Shown here one piece after another: positions 29,661 to 38,993 of a stretch of 64,000 bases of DNA. The translations under genes and the position numbers were made by a program. Every line of letters starts with the position of its first letter. Within the stretch, counting starts at the first letter, position 1. The notes under the pieces were generated by a model. The model was given only the letters and a program-made list of their open reading frames with translations, made no database searches and had not been told where the DNA came from. Source of the stretch: an uncultured delta proteobacterium (GTDB lineage: Bacteria > Desulfobacterota > Binatia > UBA9968); assembly GCA_963727625.1 (NCBI GenBank), contig CAVSHR010000002.1, positions 608,001 to 672,000 of the forward strand, in the 5' to 3' direction.

Positions 29661-32375
29661 TTAACTTTGCAGAGGTAAGTTGACGGTAAACGCCGAGCCT
29701 TTGCCGGGTTCGCTCTGGAGTGACACCCGGCCGCCGAGCAGTTCGGTAAGTTGCTTGACGATATAAAGGCCGAGCCCGATGCCGCCATGGGAGCGGCTCG
29801 CCGAACTATCCAACTGGCGGAACATTTTGAAGATCTCTAAACGTTTTTCCTGAGCGATGCCTTCGCCAGTGTCGCGCACGGTAAAGGCGATGCGGTCCTT
29901 TCCCGCTACGGCCGCGGCGGAAATCTCAATGCGGCCCCTATCGGTGAACTTGATCGCGTTATCGATAAGATTTTGCAGAATGCGCCTCAGCTTGTCGACG
30001 TCGGTATTCATCTTGAGGGACTCATCCGGCACGTCCCAGGCAAACTGGATTGCGTCGCCCATCGGCAACTCATACATCGAGCGAATTCGATTCAAGAATT
30101 CGGCCACGCCGATCTCGCTGACGGTGGCCCGTAGTTCTCCTGCTTCGATGCTGGTCGCTATAAGAATGCTTTCAATCATGGAGAGCAGGTCCTTGGCGTG
30201 GCTGGAAACTTTTTGCAGATTGGCGTTCAATTGCGGCGCGATGTCGCCGTACGTGCCCTGCGCCACCAGCTCCAAATAGCCTAAAATCACGTTAACCGGC
30301 GTGCGCAGCTCATGGGACATAATCGCCAAAAACTCGTCCTTGGCTCGGTTTGCTTTTTCCAGATCTTGGGTCTTCTGCCGGAGCTCGGAAAAAAGATTGG
30401 CGTTGCCGACGGCGATGCCGAGGTGATAGGCGGTGGTATTGATCAATTGAAGTTCCGCCGGGGGAAAAGAACGGGTCTGTTTGCTCAATAGATTTATGAC
30501 GCCCAGTTGCTCGCCGCGGACCTTGAGGGGAATAAACAGCGCGGCGCGGAAGCCGGCGCGCAGCATGGTCTTGCGCGCCGCCAGGCGTTGAAACTCAGGG
30601 TCGTTTTCCATGTCTTCGAAGGCCAGTGGCTCGCCGCGACCGACGACCAGTCCAACCAGGCCCTCGCCTTTTTGGTAACTTAGCGGCACCTCAATGTCAT
30701 CGGATATGCCGTCATGCGCTGCCAGGCGAATCTCGCTCGTCACCTTGTCGACGACGTAAATGCGCGCCGCCTCGAAACCGAAGATTTCGCAAAGTTTGCG
30801 CATGCTTTGGTAAAGCAGTGCGTGCATGTCGACAAATTGCGCTGAAATCCCCGCGATCGCGTAAAGGGTGGAGAGTTCCTTGGCTTTCTCGGCGGTATTG
30901 CTGAACAAGGAAGCATTTTCGATGGCAATGCCGATCTGCTCGCATATGGCGACAAGCAGATCGATCTCTCCCGCCGCGAGCCGTTTGGGGCTCTTGGCTA
31001 TACAGGAAAGCGCGCCCCATGATTTTAACTTGGTTTGAATCGGAAACACCCCGAAGAATTTTGCTCCGCAGCCTTTCCAACCTTGTGTTTTGCTTTGTTC
31101 GGCGTAACGCGGATCGGTTTGAATGTTCTCAAAAATCACCGGCTCGCCGCTGCGTGCGGCGCGACCGATAATGCCTTCGTCTATTTTAACGACCTGCACC
31201 CGACCCCAAAGACTGGGAGTCGAAAAGAATGAAGATTTCAAATGCGCTTCGGTCATCACGTCGTTGAACAAATGGACCGTCGCGCCGTCGAAGTGAAACA
31301 GCTCGACGACTGATTTTGCAGCTTCATACAACACCGCGTTTAAGTCGAGAGACTGTGTGATTACCCGGGTGAGCGCGTTCAAAGCCGAAAGCTCGCGGGT
31401 CCGCCGGTTCATGCCGTTATAGAGCTGGGAATTATGGATCGCGATTGCGGCTTGGCTCGCCAGATTTTGCAAAACCTCCAGCTCTTCGTCCGTGAAGCGG
31501 CGCATTTCCCTGGTGAAAAACGCGATATCCCCCAAAACCTTGTTGTTGTAAACGAGCGGCAATCCGAGGTAAGAGACCAGTCCGGTTTGACGAAAAAAAT
31601 CGGGATATCGAGTTGTCGGATCTTTAAGCGAATCGGCGACGAAAACAGGCGACTTGGTTTCCAGCACCTTTCGGGTCAACCCATGACCGCCCTCGGGAAC
31701 CCAACGTTCCCAGTCCTTAACATCGATATGTCGCAACGCCTTTGCGATCACCTTGCCGGTATCGGTATCGACCGCGCGAATGGTCGTCACGGTCGGGCAA
31801 GGCAAGAGCGCATCAACGTTTTCGAGAAAGATATCCAGAACGCTCGCGAGATCGAACGTCGACATTGACGCCAGAGTAGCTTCGTGAATGAGTCGTTGCT
31901 GGTTGAAATTACGCCGAAGCTGCTCCTCGGCAAGTTTTCGATCGGTAATATCTATAGCCGTTCCGATGACGGCCATCTTGCCGCGATATTTGATCGGCGC
32001 GCCGCAATATTTCAGCCAGCGCTCGGTGCCGTCTTTGCGGACGATTTTCAATTCGTAACTCGGATCAACGAGACGGCCCCGCTGGCGCGCCCGCCCGCGC
32101 TTTTCAACCATCTGTTGAAAATCCGGATGCACGATCTGCCAGAAATTCATGCCGAGAAGCTCTTTGCTGGAATAACCCGTGAGTGCTTCGGCGGCGGGAT
32201 TGACGAGTCGATTTTTGTCGCCGGAGAAGATGAACGTAGCCGCGGGAGTCTTGTGGATCAAGCTGCGCAGCTTGGAATCGCCGTCGCGCGCCGGTCGCGC
32301 TCGTTGAACGGCAACCTGATTCAAACGGGGGCGGCTCCGCGCCGCAACCTGTTTACTCGAAATTGCTCTTGCCAT
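29661..32375 (-). CDS. Cytoplasmic sensor histidine kinase (PAS + 3 GAF + HisKA + HATPase)
   Basis: NPAAEALTGYS..ELLG PAS; three GAF repeats ending IAIxN; MSHELRTP, NLIDNAIKFT, DTGEGI, GIGLGL; start uncertain. Confidence 0.9.
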   Translation of the reverse strand: MARAISSKQVAARSRPRLNQVAVQRARPARDGDSKLRSLIHKTPAATFIFSGDKNRLVNPAAEALTGYSSKELLGMNFWQIVHPDFQQMVEKRGRARQRGRLVDPSYELKIVRKDGTERWLKYCGAPIKYRGKMAVIGTAIDITDRKLAEEQLRRNFNQQRLIHEATLASMSTFDLASVLDIFLENVDALLPCPTVTTIRAVDTDTGKVIAKALRHIDVKDWERWVPEGGHGLTRKVLETKSPVFVADSLKDPTTRYPDFFRQTGLVSYLGLPLVYNNKVLGDIAFFTREMRRFTDEELEVLQNLASQAAIAIHNSQLYNGMNRRTRELSALNALTRVITQSLDLNAVLYEAAKSVVELFHFDGATVHLFNDVMTEAHLKSSFFSTPSLWGRVQVVKIDEGIIGRAARSGEPVIFENIQTDPRYAEQSKTQGWKGCGAKFFGVFPIQTKLKSWGALSCIAKSPKRLAAGEIDLLVAICEQIGIAIENASLFSNTAEKAKELSTLYAIAGISAQFVDMHALLYQSMRKLCEIFGFEAARIYVVDKVTSEIRLAAHDGISDDIEVPLSYQKGEGLVGLVVGRGEPLAFEDMENDPEFQRLAARKTMLRAGFRAALFIPLKVRGEQLGVINLLSKQTRSFPPAELQLINTTAYHLGIAVGNANLFSELRQKTQDLEKANRAKDEFLAIMSHELRTPVNVILGYLELVAQGTYGDIAPQLNANLQKVSSHAKDLLSMIESILIATSIEAGELRATVSEIGVAEFLNRIRSMYELPMGDAIQFAWDVPDESLKMNTDVDKLRRILQNLIDNAIKFTDRGRIEISAAAVAGKDRIAFTVRDTGEGIAQEKRLEIFKMFRQLDSSASRSHGGIGLGLYIVKQLTELLGGRVSLQSEPGKGSAFTVNLPLQS

Positions 32376-32802
32376 AAACCCAGCGGAAGAAATTTCGCTA
32401 TCCGGTTGTCTCTTCGCGTCGCTTATCGGTCTGAAGTTCGAGGCGCGATGTCGTGATGCGTGTTTACGATGTTCGGCATACGGACGGGCCAAACCTCAAG
32501 TCTAGGGTCCGTTTACTCTTCTAGCTGCCAAATATCAAGAACCAATGGGCCGGATACGAGGTCGGTGTCGTAGGCCAAGGTTGAGTGTCGAATCGAAGAA
32601 GCGCTTATTCGCGTTGAGTTTGGTTGCTGCTGCCAAAAACGCCGAAAACTGCCGTGCTCCCGACCTCGCTGAATGCGCTCTTCACCGCCATGACGCCTAA
32701 TAGCCGAACGATTTGTTTACCAAAGTAAAGTTCCGGGACAAGACACCGGGTTGGAATTGCGAATGCAGGCGGAGGGGCCGATCGATCAGGCTGTGAAAAA
32801 AT

Positions 32803-34446
32803 TCAGTTCTGGCCGCTTACTCGCGCCGCAACTTCACGGCGAATAAATCCCGGCGGGCGGCCGTGCTTGGAGTGAATTTCCAGCCAGCCGCCGCGCGAGT
32901 CAACGACGATGACCTTTACTCCCGGCTCAATGTCGCCGATGGAACGTGAAGACTCGCTCGGCGCGGCGTAGACGCGGCTGGGCCGGGTGACCTGAAAGGT
33001 TCCGGCTACACGCGGCTGGGGCTTCGCGCTCTGGCGCGCTCGTGAAATCGTTTTGAGATTTTCATTCACCCCCGGTTTGGCCATCGCCTGTTTGACTGTG
33101 GGTGCGTCAAAAGCAGGCGCAACATCGGGCGGCGCAGGCTGCGGCTCCGACGCGATTGACTCAGTCTGAGAGGCCGTCTTTGCGGCACTCATCGTTCCGG
33201 GGGTGGCCGGCGCTTGCGCCGCTTTGGAACCGAGGAATTGAAAGGCCGCCGCGCCGGTCGCGGCCAACAAAATCAACAGACCGAAAATGCCATAGCTGCG
33301 TGCTCGTTTCGGCTTCGGCTGGTCGGTTGCGGCGATGGGTTCATGGGCGGCGGATTGCGGCGCGCTCGATTCCTGCGCCGTCTGATTTTCCGCCTCGCGG
33401 TCGAGCAAATTCGGCAGACCTGCCGAAACGACTGGTCTGGTCGTCGGTTCGCTCGCGGCAGGATCAGTATTTTGCGTTTCCGGATTCGCTGACCCTGGCG
33501 TCGAATTGACCTTAGGCGTCGTGTCATTCGGGATCGCCATGAGCCGCGCGAATGCGCTGAGATCTTCTTGGAGTTGGCGCTGTTGCTCGGCCAGAGTCGC
33601 CTGCTTGGAGAGCACTGCATCGAATGGAGCCCGCAGCGCGGCAAGTCTTTGCCGATTCTCTTGGCCCTCGGCGATGCGTGCTTGCCAGCGGGGAATTTCT
33701 TCTTCATGCCGGCGGATTTCTTCGCGCAGCGATTTCTGTGACTCCTCTGCTTCGGCTATATGCTGGCGCAGAGTTTGCGCTTCGGTAAGCATTTCTTGAT
33801 CCGAGAGCAGTCGCCGTTCGAGCTCGGCGATACGCTCCTCTAATCCCTGCCGCTCTTGACGGTAACGCGCCTCGATTGCATCGATGTCGGGGATGTTCTG
33901 TTGTGCCGCTTCGAGCTCGTGGATTTTTCCCCCGCGTGCTTCAATCTCTTGTCGCAGCTCGACGACCTCGGCTTGCAGACCAGCGTAACGATCTTGGCTG
34001 TCCTGATTCTGCGGTGGTGCGCTATCGATTCGCGCCTCGCTGGCGGCGAGACGATCGCGAAGCTCTTCTAACTGGGCTTGCAGTTGGTCATTGGCGGCAC
34101 GTAACCGCGCGGTGTCCGGTGGATCGGCTTGATCACTCTCCCGTGTCGCCTTGAGCTCATCGATGGTTCTTTGGCTCAACTCCAGTTTGCCGGAAAGCGC
34201 CTGTAGTTGATTTTGCAAGTCTCGGTTCTGCGCCCGAAGTTCGGCCAATTCCGCGCTATGATCGGGCTGCGGGTCGGTCGGCGCCTGCATTGCAGATCCT
34301 TGCCCCGAATTCTCAAGCCTAGTGAGCAGTTCCTCGATTTGGCGACGCTTGGCTTTAAGCTCTCGCTCGGACGCGACCAGGATCGCGCCCAAAATGGCTA
34401 CCAAGACACCGGCGGACATTAAGATCAAGACGAAAGTGCTATTCAT
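32803..34446 (-). CDS. Membrane-anchored coiled-coil protein with second TM and C-terminal SH3b-like domain
   Basis: N-terminal TM, long E/Q/L/R heptad region, TM (GIFGLLILLAA), VYAAPS...GWLEIHSKHGRPPGFI. Confidence 0.7.
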   Translation of the reverse strand: MNSTFVLILMSAGVLVAILGAILVASERELKAKRRQIEELLTRLENSGQGSAMQAPTDPQPDHSAELAELRAQNRDLQNQLQALSGKLELSQRTIDELKATRESDQADPPDTARLRAANDQLQAQLEELRDRLAASEARIDSAPPQNQDSQDRYAGLQAEVVELRQEIEARGGKIHELEAAQQNIPDIDAIEARYRQERQGLEERIAELERRLLSDQEMLTEAQTLRQHIAEAEESQKSLREEIRRHEEEIPRWQARIAEGQENRQRLAALRAPFDAVLSKQATLAEQQRQLQEDLSAFARLMAIPNDTTPKVNSTPGSANPETQNTDPAASEPTTRPVVSAGLPNLLDREAENQTAQESSAPQSAAHEPIAATDQPKPKRARSYGIFGLLILLAATGAAAFQFLGSKAAQAPATPGTMSAAKTASQTESIASEPQPAPPDVAPAFDAPTVKQAMAKPGVNENLKTISRARQSAKPQPRVAGTFQVTRPSRVYAAPSESSRSIGDIEPGVKVIVVDSRGGWLEIHSKHGRPPGFIRREVAARVSGQN

Positions 34447-34493
34447 CGTCGCCTCCAAGAGTTTCTTGCTGTTGGGTTTTTATCATTGAGCTA

Positions 34494-34510
34494 CGCCAAT
34501 TATATGCCAA
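34494..34510 (-). promoter_or_regulatory. Possible sigma-54 (-24/-12) promoter for the coiled-coil/SH3 gene
   Basis: TTGGCATATAATTGGCG on the minus strand: GG-N10-GC spacing, ~50 nt upstream of ATG 34446. Confidence 0.35.
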
Positions 34511-34747
34511 CTAGAGCCCTCTAGTCACGCCTGGTCGAATTAATCCGGTTTTACGCCGTTCTTTGCCATCCCAAGGCAAACTTTGCCGTCTCCCTCTACT
34601 GGGTCGCGAACAAAATCGTGAATCGCGGCTAAAAATGTAACTGCCCAAACGGCAAAGCTTTTCTGAAAATTTATGCAACTCCAGTTTGACCCCTCCGCTG
34701 GCGATGGAAGATGCCATGGGATATTCAAGGAGAAGTCCGATTGAATC

Positions 34748-36181
34748 ATGGCAACCAAGTTCCAACTCCCACGCGACGGCGACGGCATTTCCCCCGCCGA
34801 AGAGCGCGCCATTCTCACCGTCACCTGTTTGGCGGCATTTCTCTTTTTCAACAGTTTTGGCAGCATCGGCGTCGCCTTGCCGATGATCCAGAAACAGTTC
34901 GGCAACAGCTTGTCGGAAATCCAGTGGATAAGCTTGATGGGAGTGGTAACGATCTCCAGCCTGTCATTCTGCTTCGGCCGTGCCGGCGGCATTTTCGGCC
35001 AGCGGCGGCTTTACAAGATCGGCGTAGCGCTTTATACATTGGGCGCCGGATTGGGCGCCATATCAAATTCGTTCGTGCAGTTGCTGTCGGCGCGCGCGGT
35101 AATGGCCGTCGGCTTGGCGATGGCATTGCCGATGTCGACGGCGATTCTGGCAAGTAGTTTTTCACCGAACCGGCGCGGTCAGGTGCTAGGGCTGTTCGCT
35201 TCCGCCATCGCAGTGGGCCGGATGACTGGTCCGGCCATCGGCGGGTTCCTGTTGCAATTGGGCGGCTGGCCGTGGATCTTCTGGATGAATTTTCTGGTCG
35301 GGGCCGTGGTGACGCTGGCAGTAATCAAAATTTTTAGGGGCATAGGTCAACGCCGTCGCGAGACATTTGATGGCTGGGGTTCTCTGGCTTTGCTGATTGG
35401 TTATCCGGCGTTGCTGGTCGGTCTGACCTTCGGCGCGAAATTCGGCTGGGCGTCTGCGCCGGTCGCGCTTGCCTTTGCGGTAGCCGCGGTGGGTCTGGCG
35501 AGTTTTGTCTGGATCGAATTGCATACGCCAAGGCCGCTCGTCGATGTCCGTCTTTTCAAACAAAAGATGCTCGCGGCCGCTTTGGCCGCGGTGGCCCTGA
35601 GCCAGTTGATTTACAATCCGATTGCGTTGTGCGCGCCGCTCTATCTGCAGAACGTCTTGGGCACTTCGGCACTGATGGCCGGCATCATCCTCGCTATCTT
35701 TCCGCTTTCCACCGCGCTTGCATCGCCATTGAGCGGCCGCCTCGCCGACCACTATGACGCTGCTATTGTCGGTGCCGTCGGCCTCGGCATGATCGTGGCA
35801 GCCATCGCTTGTTATTCCCGATTGAACGCGGATTCCCATTTAATGTTAGTGGCTTTGGTCCTTGCTCTCCTTGGTTTAGGGGTCGGCTTCTTCACCCCGG
35901 CCAATCAAAAAATCGCCTTCGCCGCCATTGGCCGGGAAGACTACGGCGTCCTTGCCGCCATGCTGAGCTCTTTCGGTACAGCCGCCGGCGCCATTGGCAC
36001 GACCGTTACCGTTGCGCTGATGGAAATCGACGGTGGACGGGATCTTTGGGCCCAGCCGGCGGTGCTCGTCGGTGCGCAGCGCTTCGCATTTGCCTGTCTG
36101 GTGCCGGTCGGGTTACTGGCACTCTGGATCGGAAGCAGACGACCGGCGGCCCGGTCGAGCATCCATGCGGCACAAAATTGA
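34748..36181 (+). CDS. MFS transporter (DHA2/EmrB-like)
   Basis: GRAGGIFGQRR, GPAIGGFL, WPWIFWMN, PLVDVRLF, GRLADH. Confidence 0.88.
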   Translation: MATKFQLPRDGDGISPAEERAILTVTCLAAFLFFNSFGSIGVALPMIQKQFGNSLSEIQWISLMGVVTISSLSFCFGRAGGIFGQRRLYKIGVALYTLGAGLGAISNSFVQLLSARAVMAVGLAMALPMSTAILASSFSPNRRGQVLGLFASAIAVGRMTGPAIGGFLLQLGGWPWIFWMNFLVGAVVTLAVIKIFRGIGQRRRETFDGWGSLALLIGYPALLVGLTFGAKFGWASAPVALAFAVAAVGLASFVWIELHTPRPLVDVRLFKQKMLAAALAAVALSQLIYNPIALCAPLYLQNVLGTSALMAGIILAIFPLSTALASPLSGRLADHYDAAIVGAVGLGMIVAAIACYSRLNADSHLMLVALVLALLGLGVGFFTPANQKIAFAAIGREDYGVLAAMLSSFGTAAGAIGTTVTVALMEIDGGRDLWAQPAVLVGAQRFAFACLVPVGLLALWIGSRRPAARSSIHAAQN

Positions 36182-36232
36182 TACTCATCATTAGCGACGG
36201 GCCCGGCGCCCGTCAGAGAGGCGGCATGATCG

Positions 36233-37210
36233 ATGGTCATCGATTTTCAACATCACTATATTCCGGTGGAGTTGGCAAAAAAACGCGGGCTGTACTCGGA
36301 AACGGGTAGAACCATGCTGAAGGAAGGCGGCTTGCCGGCCACCACGATGCATCGGCGTCTTTACGATTTGGATTTGCAGCTGCGCGACATGGACGAAGCC
36401 GGGGTCGACGTTTCGGTGCTTTCTTGCCTGCTCGGTTGGTCCGCGGCGCTTGAGGAGTGCCGTTTGATTAACGACAATCTCGCCGCGCTGGAAAAAAAGT
36501 ATCCGCGCCGCTTCGTCGGCTTGGCCCAAGCGCCGATCTTGCAGGGCAAAGCGGCGCTCGGTGAGCTGCGCCGCGCGATCAAGGACCTCGGCCTGCGCGG
36601 CGTGACGATTACTTCGCAAATTGACGGTTTGCCGCTCGATGCGCCTGCGCTGGGCGATTTTTATGAAACCGTCTGCGGGTTGGATGTGCCGGTATTCGTG
36701 CACCCGGCGCTGGTGCCGACCGGTTACGAGCATCTAAAAGACTACGATCTGCCGCGGGTCTTAGGCCGGGAAGTCGATTTGACTGTGGCGACGACCCGGT
36801 TGATCGCCGGCGGCGTATTGGACCGTTTCCCCACGCTCAAGATTGTCATGGCCCATTTCGGCGGCGGCATCGCAGCGGTCAAAGAGCGTCTGATGGGAAA
36901 AGGCTACCGTTTCGGCACGCTCAAGAAACCCTTCGGCGAGTACTTCGACAGGGTCTATTTCGACATGGCCGGCTTCGAAGGCGGCATGACCGCGCTTAAA
37001 TGCGCGCTTGAAGGCATCCGCGCCGAACGACTGGTATTCGCCAGCGATTATCCCCAGGACTTCACCGGCGTCAACAGCGACACCGGCAAGGGGATGCAGG
37101 AGCTGAAAAATTATATTGGAGCAGTGCGCGGATTGGCGCTGGACGAAACCGCCAAGCAAAATATTCTCGGCGGCACGGCGGCGCGCTTGTTGAAGCTCGA
37201 TGCCGCATGA
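36233..37210 (+). CDS. Amidohydrolase_2 family protein (ACMSD/decarboxylase-like)
   Basis: IDFQHH, PVFVHP, AHFGG, FASDYP. Confidence 0.88.
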   Translation: MVIDFQHHYIPVELAKKRGLYSETGRTMLKEGGLPATTMHRRLYDLDLQLRDMDEAGVDVSVLSCLLGWSAALEECRLINDNLAALEKKYPRRFVGLAQAPILQGKAALGELRRAIKDLGLRGVTITSQIDGLPLDAPALGDFYETVCGLDVPVFVHPALVPTGYEHLKDYDLPRVLGREVDLTVATTRLIAGGVLDRFPTLKIVMAHFGGGIAAVKERLMGKGYRFGTLKKPFGEYFDRVYFDMAGFEGGMTALKCALEGIRAERLVFASDYPQDFTGVNSDTGKGMQELKNYIGAVRGLALDETAKQNILGGTAARLLKLDAA

Positions 37211-37327
37211 TTCGAGCCCGCCGAGTCGTCTCCAAATACCTTCCGCCGGCAGGATTTGCCTGAAATTTTGATTCCAAATCTGCGCTCAATGAAAAGCCGC
37301 AGCATCCAACCGCCGTAGCGCCGGGCT

Positions 37328-37888
37328 TCACTCGCCGGCCGCGGATTTTGCCAAGTTTGCGTCGACGTACCCAGGTTTGTTACCGCGCTTCGATTCGACC
37401 TTTAACCAGCCATTGTCTTCTTCGACGACGTTGAGCTTGGTTCCTTTCGATATGTCCGCGATGACGGGATAGTGAAGGCCCGGTCCGCTGCGGACCTGGG
37501 TGTCGGTGGCGGCTACGTATTTGCCCTCGGCTTTAGGATCCAGCGTTTCTTTCGTCTCACCCACTGGACCGCTCCAGGGCGTCACTGAAACCATTTCAAT
37601 GTAGCCGGGCGCATTGCCTTTCTTGGAAACAATCAATACCCAATCGCCGTCTCGACCAACGACGTTGACTCGCGCATCCCGGCCGATTTCGGCGATGGTG
37701 CGAAATTGCGGTCCTGGCCCGGTGCGGACCTTGGTGCTGGCCGTCGTCACGTAGACGCGCGCCAGTTCGTTGAGATCGGGAAGCTCTTTTAATTCGCTTT
37801 TGGTTTCTTTGTCTTTACAAGCGTAGACGTTCAGACAAAACAAAAACACGATTAACCAGCGGGTTTTATTATTTGCGATTCGATTCAT
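37328..37888 (-). CDS. Lipoprotein with two SH3b domains
   Basis: VYAC lipobox; VRTGPG and VRSGPG repeats; W...SKxG..PGY. Confidence 0.82.
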   Translation of the reverse strand: MNRIANNKTRWLIVFLFCLNVYACKDKETKSELKELPDLNELARVYVTTASTKVRTGPGPQFRTIAEIGRDARVNVVGRDGDWVLIVSKKGNAPGYIEMVSVTPWSGPVGETKETLDPKAEGKYVAATDTQVRSGPGLHYPVIADISKGTKLNVVEEDNGWLKVESKRGNKPGYVDANLAKSAAGE

Positions 37889-37996
37889 CGGGGCCTCCGA
37901 AGGTCACTGGATAGGCGCATTGTAACATGTTTGCGCGCGGTGTTTACGGATAATCGCGATAAGGCATCACCATCGATAGTGATGGGCTGATCGTCT

Positions 37997-38416
37997 CTAG
38001 CGGATTTCCTTCCAAACCTTGGCTAAACTCTCCCCGTGAACGCTTAAATCCCATTCGCAAAAATAGCCGAAAGGGGTGTTCCATACCTGGTAACCGGTCG
38101 CGCGCAAGCGTTCGGCAAACTGGTCGAGAAACGCCGCGGCAAAATCCGGCGGTGCGGATTCGCCGCCCAGATGGGAAAAAGAGTGCAGGACGATATTCGT
38201 AAACCCGCGTTTGTTGGCGAGCCATTTGACGTGCTTGACCGACTGGCGCAGGACCGAGGCAGCGCGGTCCCCAGCGGCGTCGAATGTCTCCGCATGGATA
38301 AAAACAACCACGGCATCTCGAACCTGCTGATCGATTCCTTGATCGGGAACTTCCGGCAGGGTTTTAGAATGAGGCTTCCAGCGAAAACGTTTGGCCTGGA
38401 AACAGAGCAGCTTCAT
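37997..38416 (-). CDS. Free-standing archaeal-type threonyl-tRNA synthetase editing domain
   Basis: MKLLCF, VVVFIHAE, IVLHSFSHL (cf. YPYAHL), TPFGYF (cf. APFGWY), VHGESLAKVWKE. Confidence 0.8.
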   Translation of the reverse strand: MKLLCFQAKRFRWKPHSKTLPEVPDQGIDQQVRDAVVVFIHAETFDAAGDRAASVLRQSVKHVKWLANKRGFTNIVLHSFSHLGGESAPPDFAAAFLDQFAERLRATGYQVWNTPFGYFCEWDLSVHGESLAKVWKEIR

Positions 38417-38426
38417 CACGCGCCGG

Positions 38427-38993
38427 TCAATAAAAATCCAGAAAGTTCTTGAGAATCTTTTTGCCCTCTTCGTTGAGGATGGATTCCGGATGGAACTGCA
38501 CGCCCTCCACAGGAAATTGCCTGTGGCGAACCGCCATGATGATGTCGTTTTCCGCGCGGGCGCTGATCGCAAGGTCGGCTGGCAGGCTTTTCGGATCGAT
38601 CACCAAGGAATGATAGCGCATGGCGCCAAAGGGATTCTTGACGTCGCGGAAAATTGTCAACGAATCGTGGGTCACATCCGAAAGTTTGCCGTGCATGATC
38701 GACGGCGCGCGAACGATTCTGCCGCCGTAAGCGGCGCCGATGGCTTGATGGCCGAGACAAACGCCTAGAATCGGGATGCGCGCGCCGAAGCGCCTGATCG
38801 CGGCGCAGGAAATGCCCGCTTCCTTCGGCGTGCAGGGCCCCGGCGATAGGACGATTTTTTCCGGCTGCAGCGCTTCGATCTCGTCAAGCGTGATCTTGTC
38901 GTTAAGGTAAACTTTCACGTCGGCGCCGAGCTCGCCGAGATAGTGGTAAAGGTTATAGGTAAAGGAGTCGTAGTTGTCGATCAGCAGAATCAT
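38427..38993 (-). CDS. trpG: Anthranilate synthase component II (glutamine amidotransferase)
   Basis: MILLIDNYDSFTYNL, SPGPCTP, GVCLGHQ, RYHSL, GVQFHPESI; ATGA overlap with trpE. Confidence 0.93.
   Translation of the reverse strand: MILLIDNYDSFTYNLYHYLGELGADVKVYLNDKITLDEIEALQPEKIVLSPGPCTPKEAGISCAAIRRFGARIPILGVCLGHQAIGAAYGGRIVRAPSIMHGKLSDVTHDSLTIFRDVKNPFGAMRYHSLVIDPKSLPADLAISARAENDIIMAVRHRQFPVEGVQFHPESILNEEGKKILKNFLDFY

Noticed and set aside
32500-32760. CTAGGGTCCG and CGGGACAAGACACCGGG fragments reminiscent of a guanidine-I (ykkC) riboswitch
   Set aside because: Fragments are too far apart, imperfect, and on the opposite strand to the flanking genes.
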